Assembly: GCA_002269645.1 (NCBI GenBank)
Contig: NIVC01001789.1
Span: forward strand, 173,573-237,572
Reading direction: 5' to 3'
Length of the DNA: 64,000 bases
Source: Macrostomum lignano
Taxonomy: Eukaryota
The position numbers and the translations under genes were made by a program. Below the pieces are notes generated by a model. That model had not been told where the DNA came from and ran no database searches. It worked only from the letters and a program-made list of their open reading frames with translations. Below, in pieces: positions 63,464 through 64,000 of this stretch (the first letter of the stretch is position 1; each line of letters opens with the position of its first letter).

Positions 63464-64000
63464 CTTGAGGAGGAAAAGTTTTATTTCTAGAGTCTTTTAG
63501 ATTTTTCTTTAGAGTTGTAGAGAATCAAAGAATTTTACCAACTACTTGGTTTAAAACACGAAAAAGCAGTTCAACAGGGTAATATTGGCAAAAACTACAG
63601 GGTATAAAGAGTATGTACCCGCACAGCTTTGATTATGCTAAGACGGGATTAAATACAAATGCAGGACCAATTGAATGCAAGCTGTTGCACTCACGGCCTG
63701 CCCTCGAATCCGACATTCTCTGGCTTAGATTTCGTCTTCACGGCGTTGTCTGTAGCTCGGTTATAAAATGATTGTACTTTAGCTTCATAAACAGCACGTC
63801 CAAGTCCAAGTAGTTGTTCATCTCTTTGCGCAGATTGGCAGTTGGAAGCAGATCGTAGAATCTGGGCATGACCAGGGTACCATCGCCGTTCTTCTGCATA
63901 GACGAACGGCCCAGGCCCTGGTGTGGATTGCAATAAGCAGAGTTGATACTACGCATGATGTACTTTAAGTGAACTTCGAGTCGAAATGATACACTATTTA

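Overview
Eukaryotic (metazoan) genomic DNA with GT-AG introns and a very heavy load of micro- and minisatellites (more than 20 distinct units). Most long ORFs in the six-frame track are translations of these tandem repeats, not genes. Genes supported by the sequence: a complete multi-exon rabphilin (minus strand, 33719-19925), a secreted precursor with 21 tandem GYxxF-amide peptides (36455-37297), an intronless two-module metallothionein (52547-52795), a DUF229 protein with two 1-bp frameshifts (59312-57147), a divergent PPP-family Ser/Thr phosphatase (minus, at least 63463-61621), and a phase-consistent four-exon orphan Q/S/R-rich gene (5620-10775). Mobile DNA: an APE-RT-RNase H non-LTR retrotransposon inserted with an 11-bp TSD into a 35-bp satellite, three tRNA-derived CORE-like SINEs, two hAT/Charlie-type MITEs, a second MITE family that carries minisatellite arrays, and an internally deleted CsRn1-like Gypsy relic. 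The GYxRF-amide peptides, the CsRn1-like element and the repeat load suggest a flatworm such as Macrostomum (inference, not verified by search). No rRNA, genuine tRNA or CRISPR was seen.
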